This document shows positions 8,282-18,394 of a stretch of 24,076 nt of DNA, one piece after another. This stretch comes from Myxococcota bacterium (GTDB lineage: Bacteria > Myxococcota_A > UBA796 > SXON01). How positions within the stretch are numbered: position 1 is the stretch's first letter; each line of letters opens with the position of its first letter. Where the stretch lies: assembly GCA_040386535.1 (NCBI GenBank), contig JAZKFH010000026.1:54062-78137 (forward strand), written 5' to 3'. A program made the position numbers and the translations under genes. The notes under the pieces were generated by a model that searched no databases, was not told where the DNA came from, and was given only the letters and a program-made list of their open reading frames with translations.

Positions 8282-10402
8282 CTACCCCGGCGGCCGGATC
8301 GACGGCTCGCGCGCCCAGATGCGCTGCCCCTTGGCCGCCTGCACGAACGCCGGAACGTCCCCCGAATTGGTGACAGCCAGTACGCCCGCGTCGGGCTCCA
8401 CCCCGGCGCGCGCGAGGAGCGGCTGCGCCTCCACGACATGGCCGATCACCTTGAGGTGGCCGAACGCGTCCCGGATCCAATCGATCGCGGCGGCGTGTCC
8501 GGCCAACTGGGCCGCGCCGGCGGCGGAGGGGAGCAGCACCACCGCGTCGAAGAACACGGACGGCCCCGAGGACAACGCGTGATCCGCGGCGATGCGCTCG
8601 CCGTTCGCCGCCACCGCCCCGCCGGCCTTGGGGGCCACCACGGCGAGGCGCCCGCCCGCGGCGACCACCGCGGTGCGGAGCGACTCGAGCAGGGCGCTGT
8701 CGGTCCCGTCGGTGACGAGCACGCCCACCTTGCGGCCGAGGAGCGTGGGGAGCGCCTTCTGCACCATGCTGAGCGCCGCGGAGGGCGCGAGCGCCACCAC
8801 GGGGCGCTTGGGCGCGATCGCCTCGGCCTGACCGACCATCCCGAGCGCGTCGGCGACCCCCGCGCCCAGGTCGGGGTGGATGATGTCGAGGTGGCCGAGC
8901 TGCCGGCGCCGGATCGCGACGGTCTCCACCTTGCCCAGCTCGAACGCGAAAGCGCTCACGATGTGGCGCTGCTCCGGCTCGGTCATCGACAGCCAGAACA
9001 TGCGCGCCTGGCTGTAGTGGTCGGAGAAGGTCTCCGAGCGGTGCCGCGTCCTGGGGCCCGCCTCCTCCGTGGGCGAGGTGACGAACCCCCGCATCGGATT
9101 CTCGCGCGGCCCGGCGGGATCGAGGCTGTTGGGCTCGTAGGCGACCCGCCCCTCGGGGTTGGCCTGCCGCATGTGGCCGTCACGCTGGAGGTTGCGCATC
9201 GGGCACTGTGGCCGGTTGATCGGGATCTCGTGGAAGTTGGGACCGCCCAGGCGCTTGAGCTGGGTGTCCAGGTACGAGAACAACCGCCCCTGGAGCAGCG
9301 GATCGTTGGTGAAGTCGATGCCGGGCACCACGTGGCCGGTGTGGAACGCGACCTGCTCCGTCTCCGCGAAGAAGTTGGTCGGGTTGCGATCGAGCACCAT
9401 GCGCCCGATCGGCGTGAGCGGGACCAGCTCCTCGGGGATGAGCTTGGTGGGGTCGAGCACGTCGAAGTCGAAGCCGGGGAGCGCCTCCTGCTTGAAGGTC
9501 TGGACACACAGCTCGAACTCGGGGAAGTCGGCGCGCTCGATCGCCTCCCACAGGTCGCGGCGGTGGAACTCCGGGTCGGCGCCGTTGATCTTCACCGCCT
9601 CGTCCCACACCACGGACGCGGCGCCGAGCACCGGCCGCCAGTGGAACTTGACAAAGGTCGCGACGCCGTTCGTGTCGACCAGCCGGAACGTGTGGACGCC
9701 GAACCCCTCCATCATCCGCAACGAGCGGGGGATGGCGCGGTCGGACATGAGCCACATGAGCATGTGCATGCTCTCGGGCATGAGCGAGACGAAGTCCCAG
9801 AACGTGTCGTGCGCGCTGGCCGCCACCGGAAAGCCGCGGTCGGGCTCCATCTTCACCGCGTGCACCAGGTCGGGGAACTTCATCGCGTCCTGGATGAAGA
9901 ACACCGGCATGTTGTTCCCGACCAGGTCGAAGTTGCCCTCCTCGGTGTAGAACTTCACCGCGAACCCGCGCACGTCACGGTGCAGGTCACCCGAGCCCGC
10001 GCCGCCGGCGACGGTGGAGAACCGCACGAACACCGGCGTACGCTTGGCCGGGTCCTGGAGGAACGCCGCGGCGGTGAGGTCGGACCACGAGCGGTAGGGT
10101 TCGAAGTACCCGTGCGCACCGGAGCCGCGGGCATGCACGACCCGCTCGGGGATCCGCTCGTGGTCGAAGTGGGTGAGCTTCTCGCGGAGGACGAAGTCCT
10201 CCAACAAGGTGGGGCCCCGGTCGCCGACGCGGAGCGAGTTCTGGTTGTCGCTGATGGGGACGCCCTGGTTGGTCGTCAGGGTGTTGCCCGGGCCCGACGC
10301 GGTCTGGTGCGTCTCGGCGCGGGGGTCCTGCACGGTGCCGCCTCCGCCGGTGGGGGCCTGCGCTTTCGATGAACCCGGATTCTTGGGCGTACGTGTAGCC
10401 AT
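8282..10402 (-). CDS. katE: Catalase HPII (large-subunit clade 2, C-terminal DJ-1/GATase-like domain)
   Basis: '[16 protein letters not shown]', 'VRFSTVAG', 'DLVGNN', heme-ligand motif '[12 protein letters not shown]' and a C-terminal '[11 protein letters not shown]' domain. ATG 10402 is preceded by GGAG. Confidence 0.97.
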   Translation of the reverse strand: MATRTPKNPGSSKAQAPTGGGGTVQDPRAETHQTASGPGNTLTTNQGVPISDNQNSLRVGDRGPTLLEDFVLREKLTHFDHERIPERVVHARGSGAHGYFEPYRSWSDLTAAAFLQDPAKRTPVFVRFSTVAGGAGSGDLHRDVRGFAVKFYTEEGNFDLVGNNMPVFFIQDAMKFPDLVHAVKMEPDRGFPVAASAHDTFWDFVSLMPESMHMLMWLMSDRAIPRSLRMMEGFGVHTFRLVDTNGVATFVKFHWRPVLGAASVVWDEAVKINGADPEFHRRDLWEAIERADFPEFELCVQTFKQEALPGFDFDVLDPTKLIPEELVPLTPIGRMVLDRNPTNFFAETEQVAFHTGHVVPGIDFTNDPLLQGRLFSYLDTQLKRLGGPNFHEIPINRPQCPMRNLQRDGHMRQANPEGRVAYEPNSLDPAGPRENPMRGFVTSPTEEAGPRTRHRSETFSDHYSQARMFWLSMTEPEQRHIVSAFAFELGKVETVAIRRRQLGHLDIIHPDLGAGVADALGMVGQAEAIAPKRPVVALAPSAALSMVQKALPTLLGRKVGVLVTDGTDSALLESLRTAVVAAGGRLAVVAPKAGGAVAANGERIAADHALSSGPSVFFDAVVLLPSAAGAAQLAGHAAAIDWIRDAFGHLKVIGHVVEAQPLLARAGVEPDAGVLAVTNSGDVPAFVQAAKGQRIWAREPSIRPPG

Positions 10403-10567
10403 CGCGTCTCCGACGTTGGATCGTTTGGTTCGGGCATGGCAGCCGCCCACCGTCCGACCACACGAACGGCGCGCTGCACGAGACTGCTATTCCACCCCGC
10501 GCGGCCCCGTCGCAGCGCGATTGTTACTTGGTGTTGCTCGATGTGCCGGTCGGCTCGACCCGCCTGT

Positions 10568-11866
10568 TCAGCCCGGCTGGCGCGCGTGGAGGATGTCGAT
10601 CGCGAAGCTCAGCGGCTTGCCGAGCACCGCCTGGAGGCCCGTGGGGACGAGCCCGGGGCGCCCCCAGCCGAAGAACCGTCCCAGATCCTCGGTGCCCGGC
10701 GCGACGAGCCGGCTCGCGGCGTGATCCCCACCCCACGCCGCCCACGGCAGGCCGGGGGACCCCATCACGTAGGAGAGGTGGGGATCGTCGGGATCCGTGT
10801 CGACGACGGGCATGAGATCCCGTGTCACGTCGATGAGCCCGGGCCACCACCGCTCGAAGCGCAGCTCGCCGAGCGTCGGGAAGCGCTGGCGGAAGCGCCG
10901 GATGACCGCGTTGACCACGCGAGGGGACCGCAGCGGGTGCCGCGCGAACGTGGAGGACGCGGAGCCGCCTCCGAGGAGGAGGCGATTGTCGCCGGTCAGC
11001 CGATAGTAGGAGTAGACCGCGTTGGTGTCCCACACCTGGAATCGCCGGTCCGGGAAGAGCTCGGCGACCTGCACCGGCGTGAGCGGCTCGCTCACCGTGA
11101 GCACGGTCTGCGCGTGGTAGAGCTGCTCACTCGCCTCGGGGTCGAGCGCGGCCGGGATGCGGTTCATGCACACGATCACGTCGCGGGCGCGGACCGCGCC
11201 GTGGAGGGTCCGGACGGTCGTGCCCTCGATCGCCACCACCGGGCTTCCCTCGTAGATCCGCACGCCGCGCGCGATCAGCACGCCGCGGAGCCCCTGGCAG
11301 TAGCCGTATGCGTCGATCGCCCAGGTGCCGCCGTAGCGGAGCCCCGTCGGGTAGTCGCCGGGGTGGATCGTGGCGAGCGCCGCCGCCTCGAGGTGCTCCA
11401 GGTCGAATCCGACCGTCACGCGGGCTTCGGCCTCGTCGCGGATCGCCTGGACCCCTGCCTTTCCGATGCCGACGTACAGGCAATCGAGCGCCAGCAGATC
11501 ACAGTCGATCCCGTGCGCCAGCGCCGTGTCCACGATCCGCCGAGCGCCGTCCCGCGCGAACCGCCACAGCCGGGCGGCGTCCTCCGCGCCGTACCGCGCG
11601 ACGAGCTGGTGCAGCTGCAGCTCGCTGTCCGGCGTCAGGAACCCGGAGCTCCGCCCGGACGTGCCCCCGCCACACACCGCGGCCTCGACCACGACCACCT
11701 CCGCGCCCGCCGTCGCGAGCCGCAGCGCCGCGTGCAGCCCGGCCACCCCGCCGCCGACGACCACGACGTCGCACCCGCGCTCGCCCTCCAGGGCCTCCCC
11801 CGTCGGAAGCGGGTGCCGCCCGTACCACACCGGGTCGCCAAGCGTCGGCGCGCCTGCGCGTGCCAC
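10568..11866 (-). CDS. FAD-dependent oxidoreductase, DAO/PuuB-like family
   Basis: 'DVVVVGGGVAGL' dinucleotide-binding motif, 'GTSGRSSGF', 'YYRLTGDNRLLLGG' and 'WPGLIDVTRDLMP'. GTG 11866 lies just after the upstream stop. Confidence 0.9.
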   Translation of the reverse strand: MARAGAPTLGDPVWYGRHPLPTGEALEGERGCDVVVVGGGVAGLHAALRLATAGAEVVVVEAAVCGGGTSGRSSGFLTPDSELQLHQLVARYGAEDAARLWRFARDGARRIVDTALAHGIDCDLLALDCLYVGIGKAGVQAIRDEAEARVTVGFDLEHLEAAALATIHPGDYPTGLRYGGTWAIDAYGYCQGLRGVLIARGVRIYEGSPVVAIEGTTVRTLHGAVRARDVIVCMNRIPAALDPEASEQLYHAQTVLTVSEPLTPVQVAELFPDRRFQVWDTNAVYSYYRLTGDNRLLLGGGSASSTFARHPLRSPRVVNAVIRRFRQRFPTLGELRFERWWPGLIDVTRDLMPVVDTDPDDPHLSYVMGSPGLPWAAWGGDHAASRLVAPGTEDLGRFFGWGRPGLVPTGLQAVLGKPLSFAIDILHARQPG

Positions 11867-11873
11867 GGGGGGC

Positions 11874-14855
11874 CTACTCACACACCCCCGACACATCCAC
11901 CTCGGCCTCGTTGTCGCCCTCGTCACACTCGTTGGTCACGCCGTCCTCGTCGACCACGGCCACGAGCCGCGCGTAGCCGGTCACCTCGGCGGCGGCGTAG
12001 GTGAGGACGTGGGGCGCGGAGAGGTCGCCGCTGTCGAGGTTGGTGCCGAGCGTGGTGGCGTCGAGCAGGGTGCGGGCGCCGGTCGCGTCCTCGCCGTACA
12101 CGAGCAGCGTCACGCTCGCCGCGGCCCGCACGAGGCCGTCGTTGGCGACCTGCACGTACACGGTCACGGTGTCCCCACACGCGTCCTGGCACGCGGTGTA
12201 GGCCACCGGGTACACGTTGGGCGCGTCCGTGGCGTTGAAGCTGCCTGGGGCGCCCTGGCGGAAGTTGTTGTAGTCGGGCCAGTTGGACTCGGCCGGCGAG
12301 GGGATCGACAGGTCGTCGTTCACGTTGGTGATGCTGTAGGCGTGTTGGTTCCACACCTGCCGCGCGCTCACCCAGTTGTCGTCGGCGTCCCCGAACACCG
12401 CGATGCCGTACGTGGTGTTGTCGTTGGGGACGACGATCTCGGCGTTGCCGTCCCCGTCGACATCGGCCACGACCGGGTATTCGTTGACCGTGCCGGAGGT
12501 GTGGCCGGTCTCGCTCAGGAGCACCGCGCCGGTGGCACCGTCGAACACCCACAAGCGGGACTCGTCCGCGTAGACCACCTCGGCCTGGCCGTCCCCGTCG
12601 AAGTCGAACACGGACGAGCCGGTGCTGTGGGACGAGGCATCGTCGATGGCGCGGGCCCAGAGGCGCGTGCCGTCGAACTCGTAGACGCTGTAGTACTCGT
12701 CGCCGGGGAGGCCGATCTCGGGCGTGCCGTCGCCGTCGTAGTCGGCGATGGTGGGCGGGCCGCCGGAGCCGCCCCCGTACACCGCCCAGGTGTCGAGCTC
12801 GACGCACGCGTGGCTGTACACCCGCACCGTGCCCCCCGCGACGACCACGAGCTCCCCGTCCCCGTCGCCGTCGAAGTCGGCCACGCCGGGGTAGCCGTCG
12901 GTGTCGCCGGTGGCGCACACGGTGGCGCCGGTGGCCGAGTAGATCGACGAGCCCGCGATGACCTCCTGCTGGCCGTCCCCGTCCATGTCCGCCGCGAAGC
13001 TCATGAAGCCGGCGTTGGTGTAGGTGCTGTAGTAGCCGCGGCCCCCGGCGCCCTCGGCCTGCACGGACCCGGACCCGTTCAGGATCAGGCGCCCGAAGAT
13101 CACCTCGACGTCACCGTCGCCCTCGAGGTCGGCGAGCGCCGGCGCGTGCGAGCGGCACCCGATGCTGTGCGCGGTGTCGACCCACGCGAGCGTGCCGTCC
13201 AGCTCGTAGGCGCCGGGGTAACACGTGGAGCCGGTGGCCACGGCGGCCACGATCTCGGGCGCGCCGTCGTTGTCGATGTCGCCGATGGCGAGGTTGGAGT
13301 ACCGGTAGGGGTAGTAGGTCGCGGCGCCGACGGTCGCGCCGTAGATGGTGAGCTCGGTTGCGCCGTCGTCCCCGGCGATCACCCGGATCACCCCGTAGTT
13401 GGACCCCGTGACGCGGTTGTGGGCCACGAACGCGATGTCGGGTGTGTCGTCCGCGTCCCGATCGCTGTCCCCGTCGTCATCCGTGAGCTGCCCGACCACG
13501 GGCGTCATGATCACGTGCTTGTGGTCCGCGTAGGTGGCGAACGACGTGACGGCCCACTCCTCCACCGGGTTGAAGCTCCCGACGGTCGGCGCCCAGGTGC
13601 ACGTGCCATCCACCGCCACGAAACTCTCGGGCGGCGCGTCCTCGCACGCATCGGGATCCAAGGTGCCGTCACAATCCCCGTCCACCGTGTCGAACCAGAT
13701 CTCGTCCGCGCCCGGGTACACGGCCGCGTCGGTGTCGTCACAATCGTCCGCGGTGGCGTAGTAGTCGGCGGGCTGCTCGCAGCTGTCGAGCGAGAAGCTG
13801 GCAGAGCCGTAGCCGTCGCGATCGTAGTCGATGTACCAGGTGGTGTCGGGGTTGCGCGTGCCGTCCAGATCGTCGCAGTCCTGGTCGTCCGCGACGTACC
13901 CGTCGGGCGCGACACAGGCTTGGGTGGACACCTCCGGATCGCCGTAGCCGTCCCCGTCCAAATCGGCGAACCAGGTCTCGGCGTCCACCGCGTCGTCCTC
14001 GTCGACCGTGCCGTCACAGTCGTCGTCCACCGTGTTGCACACCTCGTCAGCGACCGGGGACACGGCGCCATCCCCGTCGTCACAATCGTCTGGCGTGGCG
14101 GCGTAGCCGGTGGGCAGGTCACACGCGGCCTCGGTCGCGCTGTCGACCCCGAAGCCGTCGCCGTCGGCGTCGACGTACCAGGTGGTGGTCACCCCCTCGT
14201 CGACCGTGCCATCACAGTTGTTGTCGACCTCGTCGCACACCTCGGGGTTGCCCGGGAACGCCAGCGTGGTCGTGTCGTCACAGTCGCCGCCGTTCGCGAC
14301 CATGCCCGTGGGTGGCGTGCACGCCACGGTGCTGGCCCCCGGATCGCCGAACCCGTCTTCGTCGGCGTCGGCGTACCAGGTCTCCCCCGCGGACTCGTCG
14401 ATCGCGCCGTCGCAGTCCTGGTCCAGCCCGTCGCAGACCTCGGCGGCGTCGGGGTTGACCGCGCCGTCGGTGTCGTCGCAGTCGGCGTCGGTGCCGAAGC
14501 CGTCCCCATCCACGTCGTCGTCGGTCGTGGCGGCGTCGCAGTCGTTGTCCACGCCGTCGTACGGCGTCTCGGTCGCGTCGGGGCCGACCTCGGCGTCCGC
14601 GTCGTCGCAGTCGTCCCCGGCGAGCGCGCCGTCCCCATCGAGGTCGTCGTCGGGGGTGGCCTCGTCGCAGTCGTTGTCGACGCCGTCGTACGGGGTCTCC
14701 GCCTCGCCGGGGTTCACGCGCCCCGCCTCGTCGTCGCAGTCCTCCTCGGCGGGGTAGCCGTCGCGATCGGCGTCGATGACCGGCTCGATCGTGCCGTCCT
14801 TGCCGGTTTCGCACGCGATCAGCAGGGCCAGGAGCGGGAGGGCGAACTGGCGCAT
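11874..14855 (-). CDS. Large lipoprotein: MopE-like putative metal-binding repeats, FG-GAP/VCBS beta-propeller and C-terminal CARDB-like domain
   Basis: Lipobox 'LLIAC'. Six complete plus one partial 'DCDD...P...E..D..DxDCDG' repeats, multiple 'ADxDGDGxxE' FG-GAP motifs, and a C-terminal 'VVDEDGVTNECDEGDN'. GAGG RBS before ATG 14855. Confidence 0.9.
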   Translation of the reverse strand: MRQFALPLLALLIACETGKDGTIEPVIDADRDGYPAEEDCDDEAGRVNPGEAETPYDGVDNDCDEATPDDDLDGDGALAGDDCDDADAEVGPDATETPYDGVDNDCDAATTDDDVDGDGFGTDADCDDTDGAVNPDAAEVCDGLDQDCDGAIDESAGETWYADADEDGFGDPGASTVACTPPTGMVANGGDCDDTTTLAFPGNPEVCDEVDNNCDGTVDEGVTTTWYVDADGDGFGVDSATEAACDLPTGYAATPDDCDDGDGAVSPVADEVCNTVDDDCDGTVDEDDAVDAETWFADLDGDGYGDPEVSTQACVAPDGYVADDQDCDDLDGTRNPDTTWYIDYDRDGYGSASFSLDSCEQPADYYATADDCDDTDAAVYPGADEIWFDTVDGDCDGTLDPDACEDAPPESFVAVDGTCTWAPTVGSFNPVEEWAVTSFATYADHKHVIMTPVVGQLTDDDGDSDRDADDTPDIAFVAHNRVTGSNYGVIRVIAGDDGATELTIYGATVGAATYYPYRYSNLAIGDIDNDGAPEIVAAVATGSTCYPGAYELDGTLAWVDTAHSIGCRSHAPALADLEGDGDVEVIFGRLILNGSGSVQAEGAGGRGYYSTYTNAGFMSFAADMDGDGQQEVIAGSSIYSATGATVCATGDTDGYPGVADFDGDGDGELVVVAGGTVRVYSHACVELDTWAVYGGGSGGPPTIADYDGDGTPEIGLPGDEYYSVYEFDGTRLWARAIDDASSHSTGSSVFDFDGDGQAEVVYADESRLWVFDGATGAVLLSETGHTSGTVNEYPVVADVDGDGNAEIVVPNDNTTYGIAVFGDADDNWVSARQVWNQHAYSITNVNDDLSIPSPAESNWPDYNNFRQGAPGSFNATDAPNVYPVAYTACQDACGDTVTVYVQVANDGLVRAAASVTLLVYGEDATGARTLLDATTLGTNLDSGDLSAPHVLTYAAAEVTGYARLVAVVDEDGVTNECDEGDNEAEVDVSGVCE

Positions 14856-14874
14856 GGGAACCTCGAGGGCGGGC

Positions 14875-14880
14875 ATGATA
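14875..14880 (-). promoter_or_regulatory. Candidate sigma70 -10 box (TATCAT) for the MopE/FG-GAP gene
   Basis: Near-consensus TATCAT 19 nt upstream of ATG 14855 in a very GC-rich context. No clear -35 box. Confidence 0.45.
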
Positions 14881-14986
14881 CCCCGATTGTTTCGCGGGGC
14901 TACCCCTCCCCCGTCGACCCTCGGGACGGCGGGACGAAAGCACCCCGACGTCGCGGTCCGCGCGCATCCGTGCCATCGTTGGGCCG

Positions 14987-16051
14987 ATGCTCGTCACCCT
15001 CCTCGTCCTCCTCGCCGCCGGGTCGTTCGCCGCCGACGCCCCGCCGCCCGCCACCGTGACCGTCACCGTCAAGCCGGAGGGCGACAAGCTCGCCGCCCGA
15101 TGGCCCGACGCGAAGGGCGCGAAGCAGGCGCTCACCGCCGACTTTCCCACCGGGGCCATCGCGGCGGCCGAGGTGTACCACTTCGACAAGGTCGCGCTCA
15201 TCGCCGCCCTCGGCGAGCGGCTCACCGCGTGGGCCACCGAGAGCGCGCCCGGCGTGTCCGTGGTCGTCAACGGCCCCGATCTGACGATGAAGGCCACGAA
15301 GACGAACGCCGCGGGTATCGAGAGCCAGATCGCGACGGCCAACGCCCAGAAAGAGGTCCTCTGGGCCGCGCTGCTCGCCGAGCACCACATCGGTCGCGTC
15401 GGCCCCGGCCAGCTCCAGTACGACCACGCGCGCATCGCCGCCGAGAGCGTCGCCGCCGTGCGCCCCCTCGTGGACGCCCTCGGCTCGACCGCCGACCCGC
15501 GCGCCTTCGCCGAGCGCGCCCTCACGCTGGTCCAGGGCATCCCCGCCGAGGCCCTCACGCGCGACACCTTCGCCTCCCCGCTCGCGCTGCTCCGCGAGCA
15601 GCACGGCGATGCCGACGAGAAGTCCACCCTGTTCGCCGCGCTGGTGCGCGCCGCGGCGCCCGAGCTGCCCCTGGCCGTGCTCACCATGCGCGACCACGCC
15701 ATCGTCGGCCTCGGCATTCCCGCGGTCGTGGGCGACCGCACCGTGACCGTCGACGGCGTCGCCTGGGTCGTGGCCGATCCTGCCGGGCCGTACCTGCACC
15801 CCCTCGGGCGCCTGGGGCCGCGGGCCGACATGGTGCAGCTCACCGTGCGCAAGGTGCCCGCCGCGATGACGGCGCCGGCGCCTGTCCCGACGCTGGTCGC
15901 TCCTGCGCCGCCGGCCCCGCCCGCTACGCCGGGCGCCCCCGCGCCGGCCGCCCCCGTAGCGCCGGGCGCTGCCGCCCCGGCCCCGCCCGCGCCGGCGGCA
16001 CCCCCCGCACCCGCGGCACCGCCCGCCCCGGCGGCACCGCCCGCCCCGTGA
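14987..16051 (+). CDS. Secreted transglutaminase-like protein (catalytic Cys replaced by Ala) with Pro/Ala-rich tail
   Basis: Signal peptide 'MLVTLLVLLAAGSFA'. 'ALTLVQGIP...FASPLALLREQHGDADEKSTLFAALVR...DHAIVGL' follows the GDCDxKS...H transglutaminase-like pattern. Confidence 0.75.
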   Translation: MLVTLLVLLAAGSFAADAPPPATVTVTVKPEGDKLAARWPDAKGAKQALTADFPTGAIAAAEVYHFDKVALIAALGERLTAWATESAPGVSVVVNGPDLTMKATKTNAAGIESQIATANAQKEVLWAALLAEHHIGRVGPGQLQYDHARIAAESVAAVRPLVDALGSTADPRAFAERALTLVQGIPAEALTRDTFASPLALLREQHGDADEKSTLFAALVRAAAPELPLAVLTMRDHAIVGLGIPAVVGDRTVTVDGVAWVVADPAGPYLHPLGRLGPRADMVQLTVRKVPAAMTAPAPVPTLVAPAPPAPPATPGAPAPAAPVAPGAAAPAPPAPAAPPAPAAPPAPAAPPAP

Positions 16052-17277
16052 ATCAACGCCCCGCGCACTGGCACCTCGTCGGCCCCGGGATCGTCGTGGC
16101 CGCCACCGGCGTCGGCGCGGGCGACCTGGTCGCCACCCTCATCGCGGGCTCGCGCTACGGCTACACGTTGTTGTGGGCCGCGGTGCTCGGCTGCATCGTC
16201 AAGATCGCGCTCGCCGAGGCCACCGGGCGTTGGCACCTCGCGACGGGCCGGACCATCTTCGCCGGCTGGCGCACCCTCGGGCGGTGGACCACGGTGTACT
16301 TCGCCCTGTACGTCGTCGTCTGGGGGTTCGTGTACGGCGCCGCCGCGATGACCGCCTCCGCGTTGCCGCTCGCCGCGTTGTTCCCCATGCTGGAGTTGCG
16401 GACCTGGGGGATCGTGTGTGGGCTGCTCGGGCTCCTCTTCGTCTGGTTCAACCGGTACGCGGTTTTCGAGAAGGTGATGACCGTCCTCGTCGGCGTCATG
16501 TTCGTGACCGTCGTCGGCCTCGCGTTGATGTGTGCGCCAAACCTCGGCGCCGCCTTCGCCGGGCTCGCCCCCGCCGTTCCCGCGGGCTCGTTGGTGTACA
16601 CCCTCGGCCTCATCGGGGGCGTCGGGGGCACCATCACCATGGCGGCCTACGGCTACTGGGTGAACGCAAAAGGCTGGCGTGACGCCTCGTGGATGGCCCT
16701 GATGCGGCTCGACAACCGCGTCGCGTACATCACCACCGGTGTTTTCGTCATCGCCATGTTGGTGATGGGCGCCGAATTGTTACACGCCACCCAGATCACC
16801 CTGACCAGCGGCGACCGCGGCCTGCTCGACCTGAACGACGTGCTCGCCGAGCGGTTCGGCCCTGTCGGCGCCACCGCGTTCCTGCTCGGCTTTTTTGCCA
16901 CGGCGTTCTCGTCGGTGCTCGGGGTGTGGCAGGGCGTCAGCCTGATGTTCGCCGATTTCGTGGCACAAGTGCGCGGCACCACCGCCGACCCGACCACCCG
17001 CGGCGAGGGCAGCCCCGCCTTTCGCGCCTACGTGCTCTGGCTGACCTTCCCGCCCATGACACTTCTGTTCCTCGACCGCCCATTCGCCCTGGTCGTCGCG
17101 TACGGCGCGCTCGGCGCCTTCTTCATGCCCTTCCTCGCGGTCACGCTCCTGTGGCTCCTGAACAGCAGCCGCACCCCGGTGGAGTGGCGCAACGGGTGGG
17201 CCAGCAACGTGTTGCTCAGCGGCGCGGCGACGCTGTTCGTGGTGCTTTGTGGGCGGGAGTTGTGGGGGTTGGTGTAG
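16048..17277 (+). CDS. NRAMP-like (YcsG-type) divalent metal or solute transporter
   Basis: GTGA overlap with the upstream stop. 'VGPGIVVAATGVGAGDLV...GSRYGYTLLWA' followed by about 11 hydrophobic segments. The start was trimmed from the 14776 ORF. Confidence 0.9.
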   Translation: MNQRPAHWHLVGPGIVVAATGVGAGDLVATLIAGSRYGYTLLWAAVLGCIVKIALAEATGRWHLATGRTIFAGWRTLGRWTTVYFALYVVVWGFVYGAAAMTASALPLAALFPMLELRTWGIVCGLLGLLFVWFNRYAVFEKVMTVLVGVMFVTVVGLALMCAPNLGAAFAGLAPAVPAGSLVYTLGLIGGVGGTITMAAYGYWVNAKGWRDASWMALMRLDNRVAYITTGVFVIAMLVMGAELLHATQITLTSGDRGLLDLNDVLAERFGPVGATAFLLGFFATAFSSVLGVWQGVSLMFADFVAQVRGTTADPTTRGEGSPAFRAYVLWLTFPPMTLLFLDRPFALVVAYGALGAFFMPFLAVTLLWLLNSSRTPVEWRNGWASNVLLSGAATLFVVLCGRELWGLV

Positions 17278-17286
17278 GGTGGGCGG

Positions 17287-17886
17287 ATGTTCCTCCTGCT
17301 GCTCTCCCTGTTCGCCTGCGGCGCCGACGAGTGTGAAGTCGCCAGCACCAACGTCTCCGACGACGAGCCGCTGGGCGGCTACGGCTACACCGTCGGGGAA
17401 GTCGTGGACACCGTCTCCGGGGCGCGGACCCTCGAGGTCTCGGACGCGAGCGGCGCCGGTTCGGACCTGACCGTGACACTGGCGCGCGGCGACGGCGAGG
17501 CCGTGCTCCACGAGGCCACCTTCGTCCAGCGCACCGATTTCGGCGACGTATTCTCCAAGAACTGGGATCTGCCCGCGCCGTGCGTGGACGAGTACGCCGT
17601 GCCCCTCCGTGTCACGGTGGCATCCGAGGGCATGGGCATCACGTTGGAGCTCAACGCGGTCATCGCGACGCCCGGGTGGCAGATCGAGACCGAGATTCGG
17701 GAGCTCTGGGTGAGCGGCAACTTCCCGACGGACAGCGCCACCCTCCCCGCCGCGCCGGCCGACGCGCGGAGCGGCAGCCTCGGGATGACGTTCGACGGCG
17801 ACCAGCTCCGCGACCTGCGTCTGTTCTGGAACCTCCCGAGCAGCTCGGACGAGTTCGTCAACTACCCGGCGCTGGGGACGTTGTAG
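17287..17886 (+). CDS. Hypothetical lipoprotein
   Basis: Short lipoprotein signal 'MFLLLLSLFAC', normal amino-acid composition, 9 bp after the NRAMP-like stop. Confidence 0.75.
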   Translation: MFLLLLSLFACGADECEVASTNVSDDEPLGGYGYTVGEVVDTVSGARTLEVSDASGAGSDLTVTLARGDGEAVLHEATFVQRTDFGDVFSKNWDLPAPCVDEYAVPLRVTVASEGMGITLELNAVIATPGWQIETEIRELWVSGNFPTDSATLPAAPADARSGSLGMTFDGDQLRDLRLFWNLPSSSDEFVNYPALGTL

Positions 17887-17889
17887 GGC

Positions 17890-18384
17890 TTAGAAATCCA
17901 CCGCCCGGCTCGACCCTGTCAGCCGCGCGCGTTGGTCCTTGAACCGGCGGTGCTCCTCCTGCGACCACTCTGAGCGGCTTGCGTGGAGCTCCTGGAGGAT
18001 CGCGCTCGCCTCCCAGCGGGGCACGCGCTCGACGCTGGCGCGTTGTTGCTCCACCGCCCGCTCGCGGTGCACGCGCGCGGCCTCGGCCTGCACCTCGCCA
18101 GCCTGGCGCACCCGCTCCGCCTCCGCCGCCATCTCCTCGGCCGACGCCCACCGGGGCTCCGGACGGGGCGCTTCGTGCCGGGAATAGGTACGCGGCCCCG
18201 CCGCCCGCCACCACGCGTCGTTCACAGCTCGCTCACGACGGCCCGGCTGCCCGCCCGGGTACCGCTGCCGCAACGTGTCGAGCTGCTCCCGCGCCTGCGT
18301 GCGCTCGCTCGCCGACGCGGTGGGGTCGGCGGCGAGCCGCTCGTAGGTGGACCAGCGGCGGCCGTCGCGGGTTTCGGTGCTCAT
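17890..18384 (-). CDS. Hypothetical protein (helical, N-terminus loosely DUF2786-like)
   Basis: 164-aa ORF starting 10 bp after the phyH-like stop and fitting the gap exactly. Contains 'LAADPTASASERTQAREQLDTL'. Confidence 0.55.
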   Translation of the reverse strand: MSTETRDGRRWSTYERLAADPTASASERTQAREQLDTLRQRYPGGQPGRRERAVNDAWWRAAGPRTYSRHEAPRPEPRWASAEEMAAEAERVRQAGEVQAEAARVHRERAVEQQRASVERVPRWEASAILQELHASRSEWSQEEHRRFKDQRARLTGSSRAVDF

Positions 18385-18394
18385 CGCGGGCCCC

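Noticed and set aside
10492..10503. CCACCCCGCGCG, matching the 3' end and flank of element copies C and A, upstream of katE
   Set aside because: Only 12 GC-rich bases match and the rest of the fold cannot be built. It is a chance match or an unrecognisable remnant.
11370..15059. 1229-aa + strand ORF and other long antisense or alternative-frame ORFs (e.g. 1231-3354, 5766-8159, 8438-10372, 14278-16236, 22541-24067)
   Set aside because: These are shadow ORFs of real genes in high-GC DNA. They are Arg/Ala/Pro/Ser/Val-rich with no recognisable motifs.
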